Of a DNA stretch of 64,000 nucleotides, positions 37,206 to 46,222 are shown piece after piece. Within the stretch, counting starts at the first letter, position 1. Every line of letters starts with the position of its first letter. The position numbers and the translations under genes were made by a program. The DNA is from Acidimicrobiia bacterium. GTDB taxonomy: Bacteria; Actinomycetota; Acidimicrobiia; IMCC26256; JAGPDB01. The notes beneath the pieces were generated by a model. It was not told the origin of the DNA and did no database searches. It saw only the letters and a program-made list of their open reading frames with translations. The stretch lies in assembly GCA_046331265.1 (NCBI GenBank), contig JAXLRE010000009.1:8349-72348 (forward strand). Reading direction: 5' to 3'.

Positions 37206-38687
37206 ATGACTACAGTAATTGATACAGATTTTGAAGCAGTTATAGGTTTAGAAGTTCATGTTGAACTTTCTACAGCTACGAAACTTTTTTGTGGATGTGC
37301 TAATGATTTTGGTTCAGAACCAAATACAAATGTTTGTCCTGTATGTTTGGCTTTGCCAGGTGCGTTACCGGTACTCAACGAAAAAGTTGTTGAATATGCA
37401 GTACGAATAGGGAATGCTCTTGATTTTGATATTCCTCAAGTAAACGTATTTCATCGCAAAAATTATTTTTATCCTGACATGCCAAAAAATTTCCAAACAT
37501 CACAATATGACATGCCAATTTGTGTAGACGGAAAATTAGAAATCGAAACTTCTAACGGAACAAAAACTATTCGTATTGAGCGAGCCCACATGGAAGAAGA
37601 TACGGGTAAATCAACTCACGTTGGTGAATCAGGAAGATTACACGGAGCAGATTACTCATTAGTCGATTACAATCGTGCTGGCGTTCCATTAATGGAAATA
37701 GTTTCGCGTCCTGATATTTCTAATTCGGAAGAAGCACGCGCATATGTTACTGAGTTACGAGGGGTGCTAAAAGCAATTGGCGTTTCTGATGTGAAGATGG
37801 AAGAAGGGTCCATGCGCGTTGATGCAAATGTGTCTGTTCGTCCGGTGGGTCAAGAAGAATTCGGAACTCGCGCTGAAATCAAAAACATGAACTCTCTACG
37901 TTCGTTGGGTCGAGCAATTGACTATGAAATTTCACGACAAATTGGTGTCGTTAAATCTGGTGAGAATGTAGTTCAAGAAACAAGACACTGGAATGAAAAT
38001 GAAGGCAAAACTTCTTCAATGCGTTCAAAAGAAGAAGCAAATGACTATCGATATTTTCCTGAACCTGATCTAGTGCCTGTTGCGCCAACTACTGAAATGC
38101 GTGAACGTGTAGCCGAATCAATGCCATTACTTCCTAAAGCATTACGTGAAAAATTTGTAAGTGAGTGGAGCTTAAGTGAATCAGATGCTCGCACGCTAGT
38201 AGCTAACGAAGATATATGCAGCTTCGTTCAATCTAGCGTTGAAATTGGTGGTAATAAGATTGCAAAAGATGCAACAAGTTTTGCAATTATCGAAATTGCC
38301 GGTTCTTTAAATGAAAAGAATCTAGATATAAATGTTGCTCCTATTACACCAGAGAATTTAGCTCAAGTTTGTGAATTGGTTGCTTCTAAAGATATTTCGA
38401 GAAACCAAGCAAAAACTCTGATTGGATATTTAGTTGATAACGGTGGTGTCGTTAGTGACGTTGTTGACCAATTAGGGTTAAAACAAGTTTCTGACACTGG
38501 CGCTCTTGAATCAATTGTCGATTCAGTTTTAGCTCAATTTGCTGATGATGTTTCTCAATGGGGTGAAGCTGACGAAAATAAACGCAAGAAGTTGCAAGGC
38601 TTCTTCATGGGTAAGTGTATGGCAGAATCAAAAGGTCAAGGTAACCCACAATTATTTAGTGAAATTATTGCACGTAAACTCGGCTGA
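37206..38687 (+). CDS. gatB: Asp/Glu-tRNA amidotransferase subunit B
   Basis: GLEVHVELST.TKLFCGC N-terminus, and the ERAHMEEDTGKS and RSKEEANDYRYFPEPDL motifs. Confidence 0.95.
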   Translation: MTTVIDTDFEAVIGLEVHVELSTATKLFCGCANDFGSEPNTNVCPVCLALPGALPVLNEKVVEYAVRIGNALDFDIPQVNVFHRKNYFYPDMPKNFQTSQYDMPICVDGKLEIETSNGTKTIRIERAHMEEDTGKSTHVGESGRLHGADYSLVDYNRAGVPLMEIVSRPDISNSEEARAYVTELRGVLKAIGVSDVKMEEGSMRVDANVSVRPVGQEEFGTRAEIKNMNSLRSLGRAIDYEISRQIGVVKSGENVVQETRHWNENEGKTSSMRSKEEANDYRYFPEPDLVPVAPTTEMRERVAESMPLLPKALREKFVSEWSLSESDARTLVANEDICSFVQSSVEIGGNKIAKDATSFAIIEIAGSLNEKNLDINVAPITPENLAQVCELVASKDISRNQAKTLIGYLVDNGGVVSDVVDQLGLKQVSDTGALESIVDSVLAQFADDVSQWGEADENKRKKLQGFFMGKCMAESKGQGNPQLFSEIIARKLG

Positions 38688-38699
38688 TTTTTATAAAAC

Positions 38700-39074
38700 T
38701 TAAAGAGTTGAAAATGTTTGTTCGTAATGAGTTTCATTAATTTTTGGACCAATAAAACTGATATCGACTTTATTGCCTAATAGATTTTCATAAAGTGAAA
38801 GACTTAATCGAACTTGTGCTTGGTACGTAATTCCATTTGCATTAGTGACATCTGCATCGAATGAATGTTTATCACTAGAGCATGAACGAATGTTATGAAT
38901 AATAAACTCGCCAATTTCACAAGAAGAACCTTTGGACAAGTTGTCACATAAGATATCGAAACTTTTGTGAACTCTAGTTTCAATTAGCTGAACGTTTGTC
39001 ATCTCTTCCACAATAGGGTTCTCGTACAAAATCTTCGCGAGATTAATGCTTATTTTTGTAAAATCTGCTTGCAA
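38700..39074 (-). CDS. Hypothetical protein (124 aa)
   Basis: It is the only sizeable ORF in the gatB-ilvD gap. The listed start is TTG, no recognisable motif is present, and start and expression are uncertain. Confidence 0.4.
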   Translation of the reverse strand: MQADFTKISINLAKILYENPIVEEMTNVQLIETRVHKSFDILCDNLSKGSSCEIGEFIIHNIRSCSSDKHSFDADVTNANGITYQAQVRLSLSLYENLLGNKVDISFIGPKINETHYEQTFSTL

Positions 39075-39141
39075 TAGTAAAAACTCAAAAAATAGCTTTT
39101 TTAACTGGGGATTAATAACTTTAAAGCGCTAGCCTTTATGC

Positions 39142-40845
39142 ATGTCTTCGAATGATTCAACACAAAATCCGGGAAAAATTAACTCATCTATAGTGACAGA
39201 TGGTATGAACCGAGCACCTGCACGTGCAATGCTCCGAGCTGTCGGTATGGGAGATGACGACTGGAACAAAGCGCAAGTTGCTATTGCAAGTAGCTGGAAT
39301 GAAGTAACCCCTTGCAACCTTTCATTACAAAGATTAGCGGGACACGCAAAACGTGGTGTTCATGATGCTGGCGGTTATCCACTTGAATTTTGTACGATTG
39401 CAGTTAGTGATGGAATTTCAATGGGACACGAGGGGATGCGTGGTTCTCTTGTTAGTCGTGAAATTATTGCTGACTCAGTTGAGTGTGTAATTCACTCTGA
39501 AGGTTTAGATGCTTTAGTCGCTTTTGCAGGTTGTGATAAATCTCTTCCTGGAATGATGATGGCAGCAGCAAGAACAAATGTTCCAAGTGTTTTTGTTTAT
39601 GGTGGATCTATTTATCCGGGACAACACAATGGTAAAGCAATCGACATTGTTGATGTTTTCGAAGCTGTTGGAGCATGCGCAACAGGAAAGATCACACAAG
39701 AAGAATTAAAAGAAATCGAATGTAATGCTTGTCCAAGTATTGGTTCATGTGCAGGAATGTTCACAGCAAACACAATGGCTAGCGTTGGTGAAGCATTAGG
39801 TATTGCATTGCCAGGTTCAGCTGCAATTCCAGCTCCAGACGACAGAATAAATACATGTGCGTACGATGCTGGTGTGGCAGTTATGAATCTTGTTAATAAC
39901 AACATTCGTCCACGAGACATAATGACAAAAGAAGCTTTTCAAAATGCAATAACTGTTGTTATGGCTTTGGGCGGGTCTACTAATGCTGTGTTGCATCTTT
40001 TGGCAATTGCTAACGAAGCACACGTTGAACTTGAGCTTGATGAATTCAAAAAGATTTCAAAGCGAGTTCCACACTTTGCAGATACAAAACCTGCAGGAAA
40101 ATATCACATGGTTGATATTGATCGTATTGGCGGTATTCCTGTTGTGTTAAAAGAACTTCTTAATGCTGGTTTGTTAAATGGTGACTGCATGACAGCTACT
40201 GGTAAAACAATGGCGGAAAATATCGCAGATATGAATCCACCAAGTGTTGATGGAGAAGTTGTTCATAGCGTTAAAGAACCTATTCACGAAGTTGGAGGTA
40301 TTTCAATATTGAAAGGTACTCTTGCTCCGAATGGGGCAGTTGTTAAAGTTGCTGGTTTAGGAGAGCAACAACTTCAATTCAAAGGGACTGCACGCGTATT
40401 TAATGGTGAAGATTTAGCTATGGATGCAATCTTGGCAGGAAAAATTAACCCAGGTGAAGTTGTCGTTATCCGTTATGAAGGTCCAAAAGGTGGACCAGGA
40501 ATGCGAGAAATGTTGGCTGTTACGGGTGCCATGAAAGGTGCTGGACGTGGAGCGGATTGCGCGTTAATTACTGACGGAAGATTTTCTGGTGGAACACATG
40601 GATTTTGTGTAGGACATGTTGCGCCTGAAGCTGTAGATGGTGGACCAATTGCATTTATTGAAGATGGAGATCTAATTGAGATAGATGCATTAAACAATCG
40701 AATCGATTTGTTGGTTGAAGAAGATGAACTTTTGAAACGTCAAGCTAATTGGAAGTTACCTGAACCAAGATATACATCTGGGTTCTTGGCTAAGTATGCT
40801 AAGTTAGCTCGCGGTGCAGAAGTCGGAGCAATCACTAACTTCTAA
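39142..40845 (+). CDS. ilvD: Dihydroxy-acid dehydratase
   Basis: [17 protein letters not shown] and [10 protein letters not shown] motifs, with typical length. TAGCCT at 39130-39135 lies 6 nt upstream of the ATG. Confidence 0.95.
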   Translation: MSSNDSTQNPGKINSSIVTDGMNRAPARAMLRAVGMGDDDWNKAQVAIASSWNEVTPCNLSLQRLAGHAKRGVHDAGGYPLEFCTIAVSDGISMGHEGMRGSLVSREIIADSVECVIHSEGLDALVAFAGCDKSLPGMMMAAARTNVPSVFVYGGSIYPGQHNGKAIDIVDVFEAVGACATGKITQEELKEIECNACPSIGSCAGMFTANTMASVGEALGIALPGSAAIPAPDDRINTCAYDAGVAVMNLVNNNIRPRDIMTKEAFQNAITVVMALGGSTNAVLHLLAIANEAHVELELDEFKKISKRVPHFADTKPAGKYHMVDIDRIGGIPVVLKELLNAGLLNGDCMTATGKTMAENIADMNPPSVDGEVVHSVKEPIHEVGGISILKGTLAPNGAVVKVAGLGEQQLQFKGTARVFNGEDLAMDAILAGKINPGEVVVIRYEGPKGGPGMREMLAVTGAMKGAGRGADCALITDGRFSGGTHGFCVGHVAPEAVDGGPIAFIEDGDLIEIDALNNRIDLLVEEDELLKRQANWKLPEPRYTSGFLAKYAKLARGAEVGAITNF

Positions 40846-40856
40846 TCCCACTTTCA

Positions 40857-40972
40857 CCGTGTTGGGTCGAAAAACTATCGTTTTTCGACCCAAATACAGA
40901 TAAACACGATAGTAACAAAAAGTGTTTGTGGGATTTTCTATCGAAAAACGATAGTTTTTCGACCCAACACGG
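40857..40972. repeat. Perfect 32-bp inverted repeat with 52-nt spacer (MITE-like element or double bidirectional terminator)
   Basis: Left arm CCGTGTTGGGTCGAAAAACTATCGTTTTTCGA (40857-40888). The right arm at 40941-40972 is its exact reverse complement. Each arm also contains its own hairpin (left: GGGTCGAAAAAC-TATC-GTTTTTCGACCC). It lies between convergent ilvD and the 348-aa gene. Confidence 0.85.
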
Positions 40973-40988
40973 GTTTAACGGAATTGAG

Positions 40989-42035
40989 TTAGCGGGAGAA
41001 GCCTTTTTCTACTTTTATGGTGATTGGTTCTTGCTGAAGAGATTGTTCTTTGCCGAAAATTCTTTGTCGTTCAAACATAGAAACATCAACACCTTTACTT
41101 GTAGCTAAAACGAATGCTGGTCCTTCAAGATTTTTATCTGCCAGTGTTGCACGAGATTCATCTGCGCATACGAGACCATTTTCAGTTTGTAAATATATAT
41201 GTTCACCAAAGTTGTCACTGGTTATAATCCATTGTCCAGGTTTTAAAGTCAGGTCATTTAAATTGCCAAATGGCGTATTCATCTCACCGTTATTATTTTG
41301 AATACAAACTTGATATTCCTCGTTACCACTATTAAGTAAAGTTTGAGAGTCGGTGGCAGCGGCAAAAAAGATATGAGCAAAATCTCTATTGTCGCCATAA
41401 AAGCGGTCGTCAAGTAATTGAGCTAATTTATTTTTTATTCCCTGGGCTGCTTCCAAACCGCTCATATCTCTAACAAATCGATCTAGAGTCATTGCTACTG
41501 CAGGATTGTGATCCGCTATATTTATTAATCCGAAATAGCCGTCTAAAGACCGGTCCGGGATTCCAGACGCTAAAGCTAAACAGTTTTTGTAATCTTGAAC
41601 GTCACATACAATTCCGTATTGGCCATCAGCGATTTTTATTCCTTCGGTTGTCCGAATGATATTAAATGCATGACCTGCGCCATCGACCAGACCAACATGT
41701 ACACCATTATTTGGATCACTTACATATTCAACTAGCTCTTGTAATGTGCTAAAAGATTTTCTTGGTGCGCCAACTGACATTTGTATGTAATCAGGTGGTG
41801 AGAAAATATTTTGGTGAGGTGATGCCGAGTAAGAAAGAAGTGTAGGGTTTTGCAATGCAAATCTCGAACCGTTAGGGAAACAATTACGAGCTAAGCGTGT
41901 CGCGAGAGAGACTGAAAAAGTTGTGCAATTTCCAAGATCACTTTTTGGTGTTGCGAATTGTTTACGATAATTCTGGAGTTCTTGAACATGACTCATTAGT
42001 AAAACTAAGTCAACATCATGATCAGGAAACCTCAC
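40989..42035 (-). CDS. Hypothetical protein with papain-fold-like Cys-His-Asp arrangement
   Basis: 348 aa. Cys37 (DLGNCTTFS), His122 (GAGHAFNIIR) and Asp137 (IADGQYG) occur in the order and spacing of papain-like peptidases/deamidases. No signal peptide. The C-terminal half is unassigned. Confidence 0.65.
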   Translation of the reverse strand: MRFPDHDVDLVLLMSHVQELQNYRKQFATPKSDLGNCTTFSVSLATRLARNCFPNGSRFALQNPTLLSYSASPHQNIFSPPDYIQMSVGAPRKSFSTLQELVEYVSDPNNGVHVGLVDGAGHAFNIIRTTEGIKIADGQYGIVCDVQDYKNCLALASGIPDRSLDGYFGLINIADHNPAVAMTLDRFVRDMSGLEAAQGIKNKLAQLLDDRFYGDNRDFAHIFFAAATDSQTLLNSGNEEYQVCIQNNNGEMNTPFGNLNDLTLKPGQWIITSDNFGEHIYLQTENGLVCADESRATLADKNLEGPAFVLATSKGVDVSMFERQRIFGKEQSLQQEPITIKVEKGFSR

Positions 42036-42074
42036 TTTTTAATTGTAAAATAAAAGGTACAAAAAGTACACCAG

Positions 42075-42944
42075 CTATTTTTGTATACTTCTACCTGGGG
42101 TTTCTGGGCTAGGTTTTTCAGTTGCTGTTGCTTCAATAGCTCTTGATGCTCGTGACGTACCTATGGGACGATTTGGAAAAGGCGATGTTGGTCGACCGGG
42201 CTCGGATTCAGCTAAATCGACATCAATAATTTCTGATGTACCATCTTGGTCCTGACGAATTTTCGACATTGATTTGATTACAGAAAAAGCTGCACTACCA
42301 AGATCTATTCCATGTTGATTGCATTTAGCTTCAATTTTTCTGAGCTTTTGATTAAAGTCATCTAGAAAATTTCTATTAATTTCACCGCAGTAATAACCTC
42401 GTGCAAACCACGCTAGAGTTTTTTCTACATCTAAGTAATGTTGTGTAATTTTATTCTTATCTCTTTTAGATAACTTTTTATTTTCTAACTTTCCAAAATC
42501 TTTTTCTTTTAATTCAAGAAGTGATGTTAGGAAGCTTTCTGCAGTGCGACCGGGAAAACCGGCATTTAATAGGTTTTCTTTTCTTGCTAATTTATCTTTT
42601 CTTTTTGTTAGTTTGTTTTTTCTATTTTTATCAAGATAAGCAAATTTAACTCCAACGAATGGTGTGGCAACTTGTAATAGTCCAAAAAGTTGAAATCCTA
42701 AACTCGGGCCTGAACTCGTTAAAGGAAATAATTCGACTTTTAATGCAGCAACGCCAAAATAAGCTACTAGTGATCCACCTATGCGTATACCTCTTTGTAG
42801 TTTCGAATAATTTTGTGGTTTATTCTCGTAACTATTCAATGCTCGAGAATATTTGTGATTTGCTTTCCAAAAATTCTTTAAACTTGGACCCCAATAGTCA
42901 TTATCGCTAAGTACTTGTTGAAGGGTGCTATTCATAAAGTGCAT
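42075..42944 (-). CDS. Hypothetical two-TM membrane protein with Lys-rich and Pro/Ser/Thr-rich regions
   Basis: 289 aa with a hydrophobic hairpin at about aa 55-105, then KNRKNKLTKRKDKLARKE. It sits 39 nt upstream of the 348-aa gene on the same strand and is divergent from the ilvB leader. Confidence 0.6.
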   Translation of the reverse strand: MHFMNSTLQQVLSDNDYWGPSLKNFWKANHKYSRALNSYENKPQNYSKLQRGIRIGGSLVAYFGVAALKVELFPLTSSGPSLGFQLFGLLQVATPFVGVKFAYLDKNRKNKLTKRKDKLARKENLLNAGFPGRTAESFLTSLLELKEKDFGKLENKKLSKRDKNKITQHYLDVEKTLAWFARGYYCGEINRNFLDDFNQKLRKIEAKCNQHGIDLGSAAFSVIKSMSKIRQDQDGTSEIIDVDLAESEPGRPTSPFPNRPIGTSRASRAIEATATEKPSPETPGRSIQK

Positions 42945-43045
42945 ATATTATGCGAAAAACGACATATCGTCAATTTCGACTTAAAGGATAAAGCGTAAAA
43001 ATATTGCGAAAGCCACAATTTTTTTATTAGACTAACCAATCTAAT

Positions 43046-43075
43046 ATGACAAAAAATCTTGTGGTCCTTATATAG
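43046..43075 (+). CDS. ilvB leader peptide (MTKNLVVLI)
   Basis: Nine-codon ORF in which the last five codons are consecutive Leu-Val-Val-Leu-Ile. It lies 36 nt upstream of an intrinsic terminator and 116 nt upstream of ilvB. Confidence 0.6.
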   Translation: MTKNLVVLI

Positions 43076-43110
43076 CTTACAAGCGCTAACCAAGCGATTG
43101 TAAGCAGCTG

Positions 43111-43135
43111 CCCTCCGAAAACCGGAGGGTTTTTC
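43111..43135 (+). terminator. Attenuator terminator in the ilvB leader
   Basis: CCCTCCG (43111-43117), loop AAAAC, CGGAGGG (43123-43129), then TTTTTC. It is preceded by a second hairpin at 43075-43105 (GCTTACAA.CGCT/AGCG.TTGTAAGC) that starts within the leader stop codon. Confidence 0.7.
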
Positions 43136-43161
43136 ATTTAAGGAAACAAAAAGGAGAAGAA

Positions 43162-44880
43162 ATGAAACTAACCGGAGCCCAGGCACTCGTCAAAAGTCTT
43201 GAAATGCAAGACGTTGATGTTGTCTTCGGTCTGCCAGGTGGTGCAATTCTTCCCGTCTACGATCCAATTTTAGATTCGCCTATTCGACACATTCTTGTTC
43301 GTCACGAGCAGGGTGCTGGACACATGGCAGAAGGCTATGCTCACGCGACTGGTAAACCCGGAGTAGCAATAGTTACTTCAGGTCCAGGCGCTACAAACAT
43401 TGTTACACCTTTGGCTGATGCAATGATGGATTCAATTCCAATGGTTGTAATCACAGGTCAAGTACCTTTGGCTGTGATTGGTACAGATGCATTTCAAGAA
43501 TGTGACACTGTTGGAATAACTATGGGTGTAACAAAACACAACTGGTTAATTACTGACGCTAACGATATTCCTAGAATTATTAAAGAAGCATTTCATGTTG
43601 CGACAACTGGTCGACCTGGTCCTGTTTTAGTTGACTTACCAAAAGATATAGCGAATGCGGAGATGGAATGGTACTGGCCAGAAAAGATTGACATGCCAGG
43701 ATATAAACCAACAACTGTTGGTCATCCAAAACAGATAAAACAAGCTGCACAATTAATTTCTGAATCGAAAAAACCAGTTTTATATGTTGGTGGTGGAATC
43801 TTAAAAGCTAGAGCTGCCGAGGCATTAAAAGATTTAGCTGAGTTAATCAACGCTCCGGTTGTAACAACATTGATGGCTCGAGGCGCATTTCCTGATGACC
43901 ATAAACAATGTTTAGGTATGCCTGGTATGCACGGTAATTACACTGCCATTACTGCAATGCAGCAAAGTGATCTATTAATTACTTTGGGTGCACGTTTTGA
44001 TGATCGTGTTACTGGAAAGCTAGATGGTTTTGCTCCAGATGCAAAAGTCATTCATGTTGATGTCGATCCTGCTGAGCTCGGTAAAGTTAGAAATCCAGAT
44101 GTTCCAATTGTTGGTGATGCAAAACAAGTTATCGAAAAAATCTTTGAAGCAACTAAAAAGATTTACGATAAAGGAAACAAACCAGACTTGTCTGCTTGGT
44201 GGAAAGAAGTAGATGGGTGGAGAGAAAAGTTTCCTCTCGCATACGATAAAGCTGACACTTCATCTTTGAAACCACAATATTGTTTGGAACAAATAAGGGA
44301 TCTTTCTCCTGACGACACAATTTTGGTTTCTGGTGTTGGTCAGCATCAAATGTTTGCAAGTCAATATTGGAAATTCAATTATCCATACACTTGGGTTAAC
44401 TCTGGCGGACTTGGCACAATGGGATTTTGTGTTCCTGCAGCAGTCGGCGCAAAAGTAGCAATGCCAGATCGTACCGTTTGGGGTATTGATGGTGATGGTT
44501 GTTTTCAAATGACTGCACAAGAACTTGTAACGGCAGCAATTGAAAAAATTCCAGTCAAAATTGCAATCCTGGACAATTCCTATTTGGGAATGGTTAGACA
44601 ATGGCAAGAACTTTTCTACGAGGAACGATATAGCGAAGTTTACCTGTCTGACACTATTCCTGATTTTGTTATGTGGGCTGAGGCAATGGGATGTGCAGCA
44701 TTTAGGGTAGATAAAGTTGAAGATGTTATCCCAACAATTGAGAAAGCAAATTCAATTAACGATCGTCCTGTAGTTGTTGATTTCAGAATCGATCCTACTG
44801 AAAAAGTTTATCCAATGGTTCCTGTTGGACGTACTAACTCACAAGTTGAACTTGGTCCAATGTTTGAAGGAGATAAGTAA
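43162..44880 (+). CDS. ilvB: Acetolactate synthase large subunit
   Basis: ThDP enzyme with N-terminal VFGLPGGAILPVYD and ThDP-binding motif GDGCFQM...LDNSYLGMV. AAGGAG Shine-Dalgarno sequence. Confidence 0.95.
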   Translation: MKLTGAQALVKSLEMQDVDVVFGLPGGAILPVYDPILDSPIRHILVRHEQGAGHMAEGYAHATGKPGVAIVTSGPGATNIVTPLADAMMDSIPMVVITGQVPLAVIGTDAFQECDTVGITMGVTKHNWLITDANDIPRIIKEAFHVATTGRPGPVLVDLPKDIANAEMEWYWPEKIDMPGYKPTTVGHPKQIKQAAQLISESKKPVLYVGGGILKARAAEALKDLAELINAPVVTTLMARGAFPDDHKQCLGMPGMHGNYTAITAMQQSDLLITLGARFDDRVTGKLDGFAPDAKVIHVDVDPAELGKVRNPDVPIVGDAKQVIEKIFEATKKIYDKGNKPDLSAWWKEVDGWREKFPLAYDKADTSSLKPQYCLEQIRDLSPDDTILVSGVGQHQMFASQYWKFNYPYTWVNSGGLGTMGFCVPAAVGAKVAMPDRTVWGIDGDGCFQMTAQELVTAAIEKIPVKIAILDNSYLGMVRQWQELFYEERYSEVYLSDTIPDFVMWAEAMGCAAFRVDKVEDVIPTIEKANSINDRPVVVDFRIDPTEKVYPMVPVGRTNSQVELGPMFEGDK

Positions 44881-45422
44881 TGGGTTATTCAAATTACAAA
44901 AAGACAGGTCATCATATTTACTCTGTTTTAGTTGAAAACCGTTTCGGTGTTTTAACCAGAATCGCATCTCTTTTTGCTAGACGTGGTTTCAACATTTATT
45001 CATTGGCCGTTTCACCAACTGAAGATGACAGATTTTCAAGAATGACAATTGTTGTAGATGCGCAAGGTACCCCATTAGAACAAGTTGTTAAACAACTCCA
45101 CAAACTAATTCCAGTTATTAAGATTGCTGAAATTGGATCAGGCGACGGCGTTGAACGTGAATTAATGCTTGCAACAATTAATTGCGATGCAGATAACAGG
45201 GGAATGGTGACTGAACTAGCATCAATTTTTGAAGCAAGTGTCGTCGATGTTGGATACGACTCGATGACAGTAATGATGGCAGGTACTCCAGACCAAGTCG
45301 ATGCTTTTAGTGATCTTTTAAAACCTCATGGCGTTGTAGAAATTCAACGTACTGGTCGAATTGCTTTACCTAAATTGAATCGTGAAGCACCAACAAAATT
45401 AAAGGCAGTTAAAACTGCCTAA
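44880..45422 (+). CDS. ilvN: Acetolactate synthase small (regulatory) subunit
   Basis: ACT domain HIYSVLVENRFGVLTRIASLFARRGFNI. Start overlaps the ilvB stop (TAATG). Confidence 0.92.
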   Translation: MGYSNYKKTGHHIYSVLVENRFGVLTRIASLFARRGFNIYSLAVSPTEDDRFSRMTIVVDAQGTPLEQVVKQLHKLIPVIKIAEIGSGDGVERELMLATINCDADNRGMVTELASIFEASVVDVGYDSMTVMMAGTPDQVDAFSDLLKPHGVVEIQRTGRIALPKLNREAPTKLKAVKTA

Positions 45423-45425
45423 ATA

Positions 45426-45596
45426 ATGGAAGAAGAATATATAGAGCCTCCTAAGCAAATCACATGTGTGGACTGTGGTGGAGAAGCTTTTTTGTTGGAT
45501 CGACTTGATGAGAATGAGAAAGTACTAAAAGGCAGTGTCCTTTCGTATAGATGTAAAGATTGTCTAGACCGTTGGGACATTGAAATAGGAGAATAA
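45426..45596 (+). CDS. Zinc-ribbon mini-protein (56 aa), below the ORF-track cutoff
   Basis: Translation: MEEEYIEPPKQITCVDCGGEAFLLDRLDENEKVLKGSVLSYRCKDCLDRWDIEIGE. It has two CxxC pairs. It starts 3 nt after the ilvN stop, and its stop abuts the next ATG (TAAATG). Confidence 0.5.
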   Translation: MEEEYIEPPKQITCVDCGGEAFLLDRLDENEKVLKGSVLSYRCKDCLDRWDIEIGE

Positions 45597-46196
45597 ATGA
45601 ATAAAAGTGTAAAAAACTACTTAATTTTTTCACTGCTGTTATTTGTTGTGACTGCATCGTTAGTAGCAATATTTTCTGGTGACAATAAAGATCATAAAGC
45701 TAAAGGCGAGAGTCACGAAGAAGCGGTTTCTAAAACAACTTCAACAACGACAACAATTCCTTCTGATCAAGAAACGGATCAAAGTCGTCTTATCCCAAAT
45801 CCTTGTGATTCTTTAAGTAAAAAGACAATTGATAAAAGAATTAGCGATCCAGTTGTTAATGGCCCATTAGTGCAAACTGCAATTGTGCCACTGAAGGCAT
45901 GTAATTGGCAAGAAAATAACGAACTGTATCCAAAACTTGGCGTTTCTATTATTTCAACGAATACTTATTATGATTCTCTCGAACAGTTCAAAGTTAAAGA
46001 TGTGGAACTAGGCGATAAATCTTTTATTGTTAACGATTTTGTCACTGGTGTTGGTGGTGCAAAATGCGGAAAGACAATTATTGTTAAAAGCGGGCAGTTC
46101 GCTTATACAGTTGCTCTTTGTAAAGAAAATAATAAGGCGCCGACAGAAAAAGAACTTATTCAACTAGCAAAAGAAGTAAAAAAGTCACTAGGTTAA
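45597..46196 (+). CDS. Secreted/membrane-anchored protein, DUF3558-like (four conserved Cys)
   Basis: N-terminal signal anchor, Thr/Ser-rich linker, then NPCDSL...LKACNW...GAKCG...ALCKEN. This resembles actinobacterial DUF3558 lipoproteins as I recall them. Confidence 0.6.
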   Translation: MNKSVKNYLIFSLLLFVVTASLVAIFSGDNKDHKAKGESHEEAVSKTTSTTTTIPSDQETDQSRLIPNPCDSLSKKTIDKRISDPVVNGPLVQTAIVPLKACNWQENNELYPKLGVSIISTNTYYDSLEQFKVKDVELGDKSFIVNDFVTGVGGAKCGKTIIVKSGQFAYTVALCKENNKAPTEKELIQLAKEVKKSLG

Positions 46197-46222
46197 TTTG
46201 TACAAATAGGAAAGGAACAACA

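Noticed and set aside
40926-41108. 60-aa plus-strand ORF spanning the right inverted-repeat arm and the 3' end of the 348-aa gene. Also the 84-aa minus ORF at 42932-43186 over the ilvB leader.
   Set aside because: Both overlap better-explained features (the repeat plus a convergent gene end, and the leader peptide/attenuator plus the ilvB start) and lack start signals.
43004-43033. Candidate promoter TTGCGA-18-TAGACT for the ilvB leader transcript.
   Set aside because: The spacing and the hexamers are mediocre, and the region is shared with the divergent cassette promoter. I could not decide between alternatives by eye, so it is not listed as a feature.
45460-45669. 69-aa minus-strand ORF between ilvN and the DUF3558-like gene.
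   Set aside because: It is antisense to the plus-strand 56-aa zinc-ribbon ORF. That ORF fits the operon spacing (a 3-nt gap, then TAAATG) and has two CxxC pairs. The minus ORF has no comparable features.
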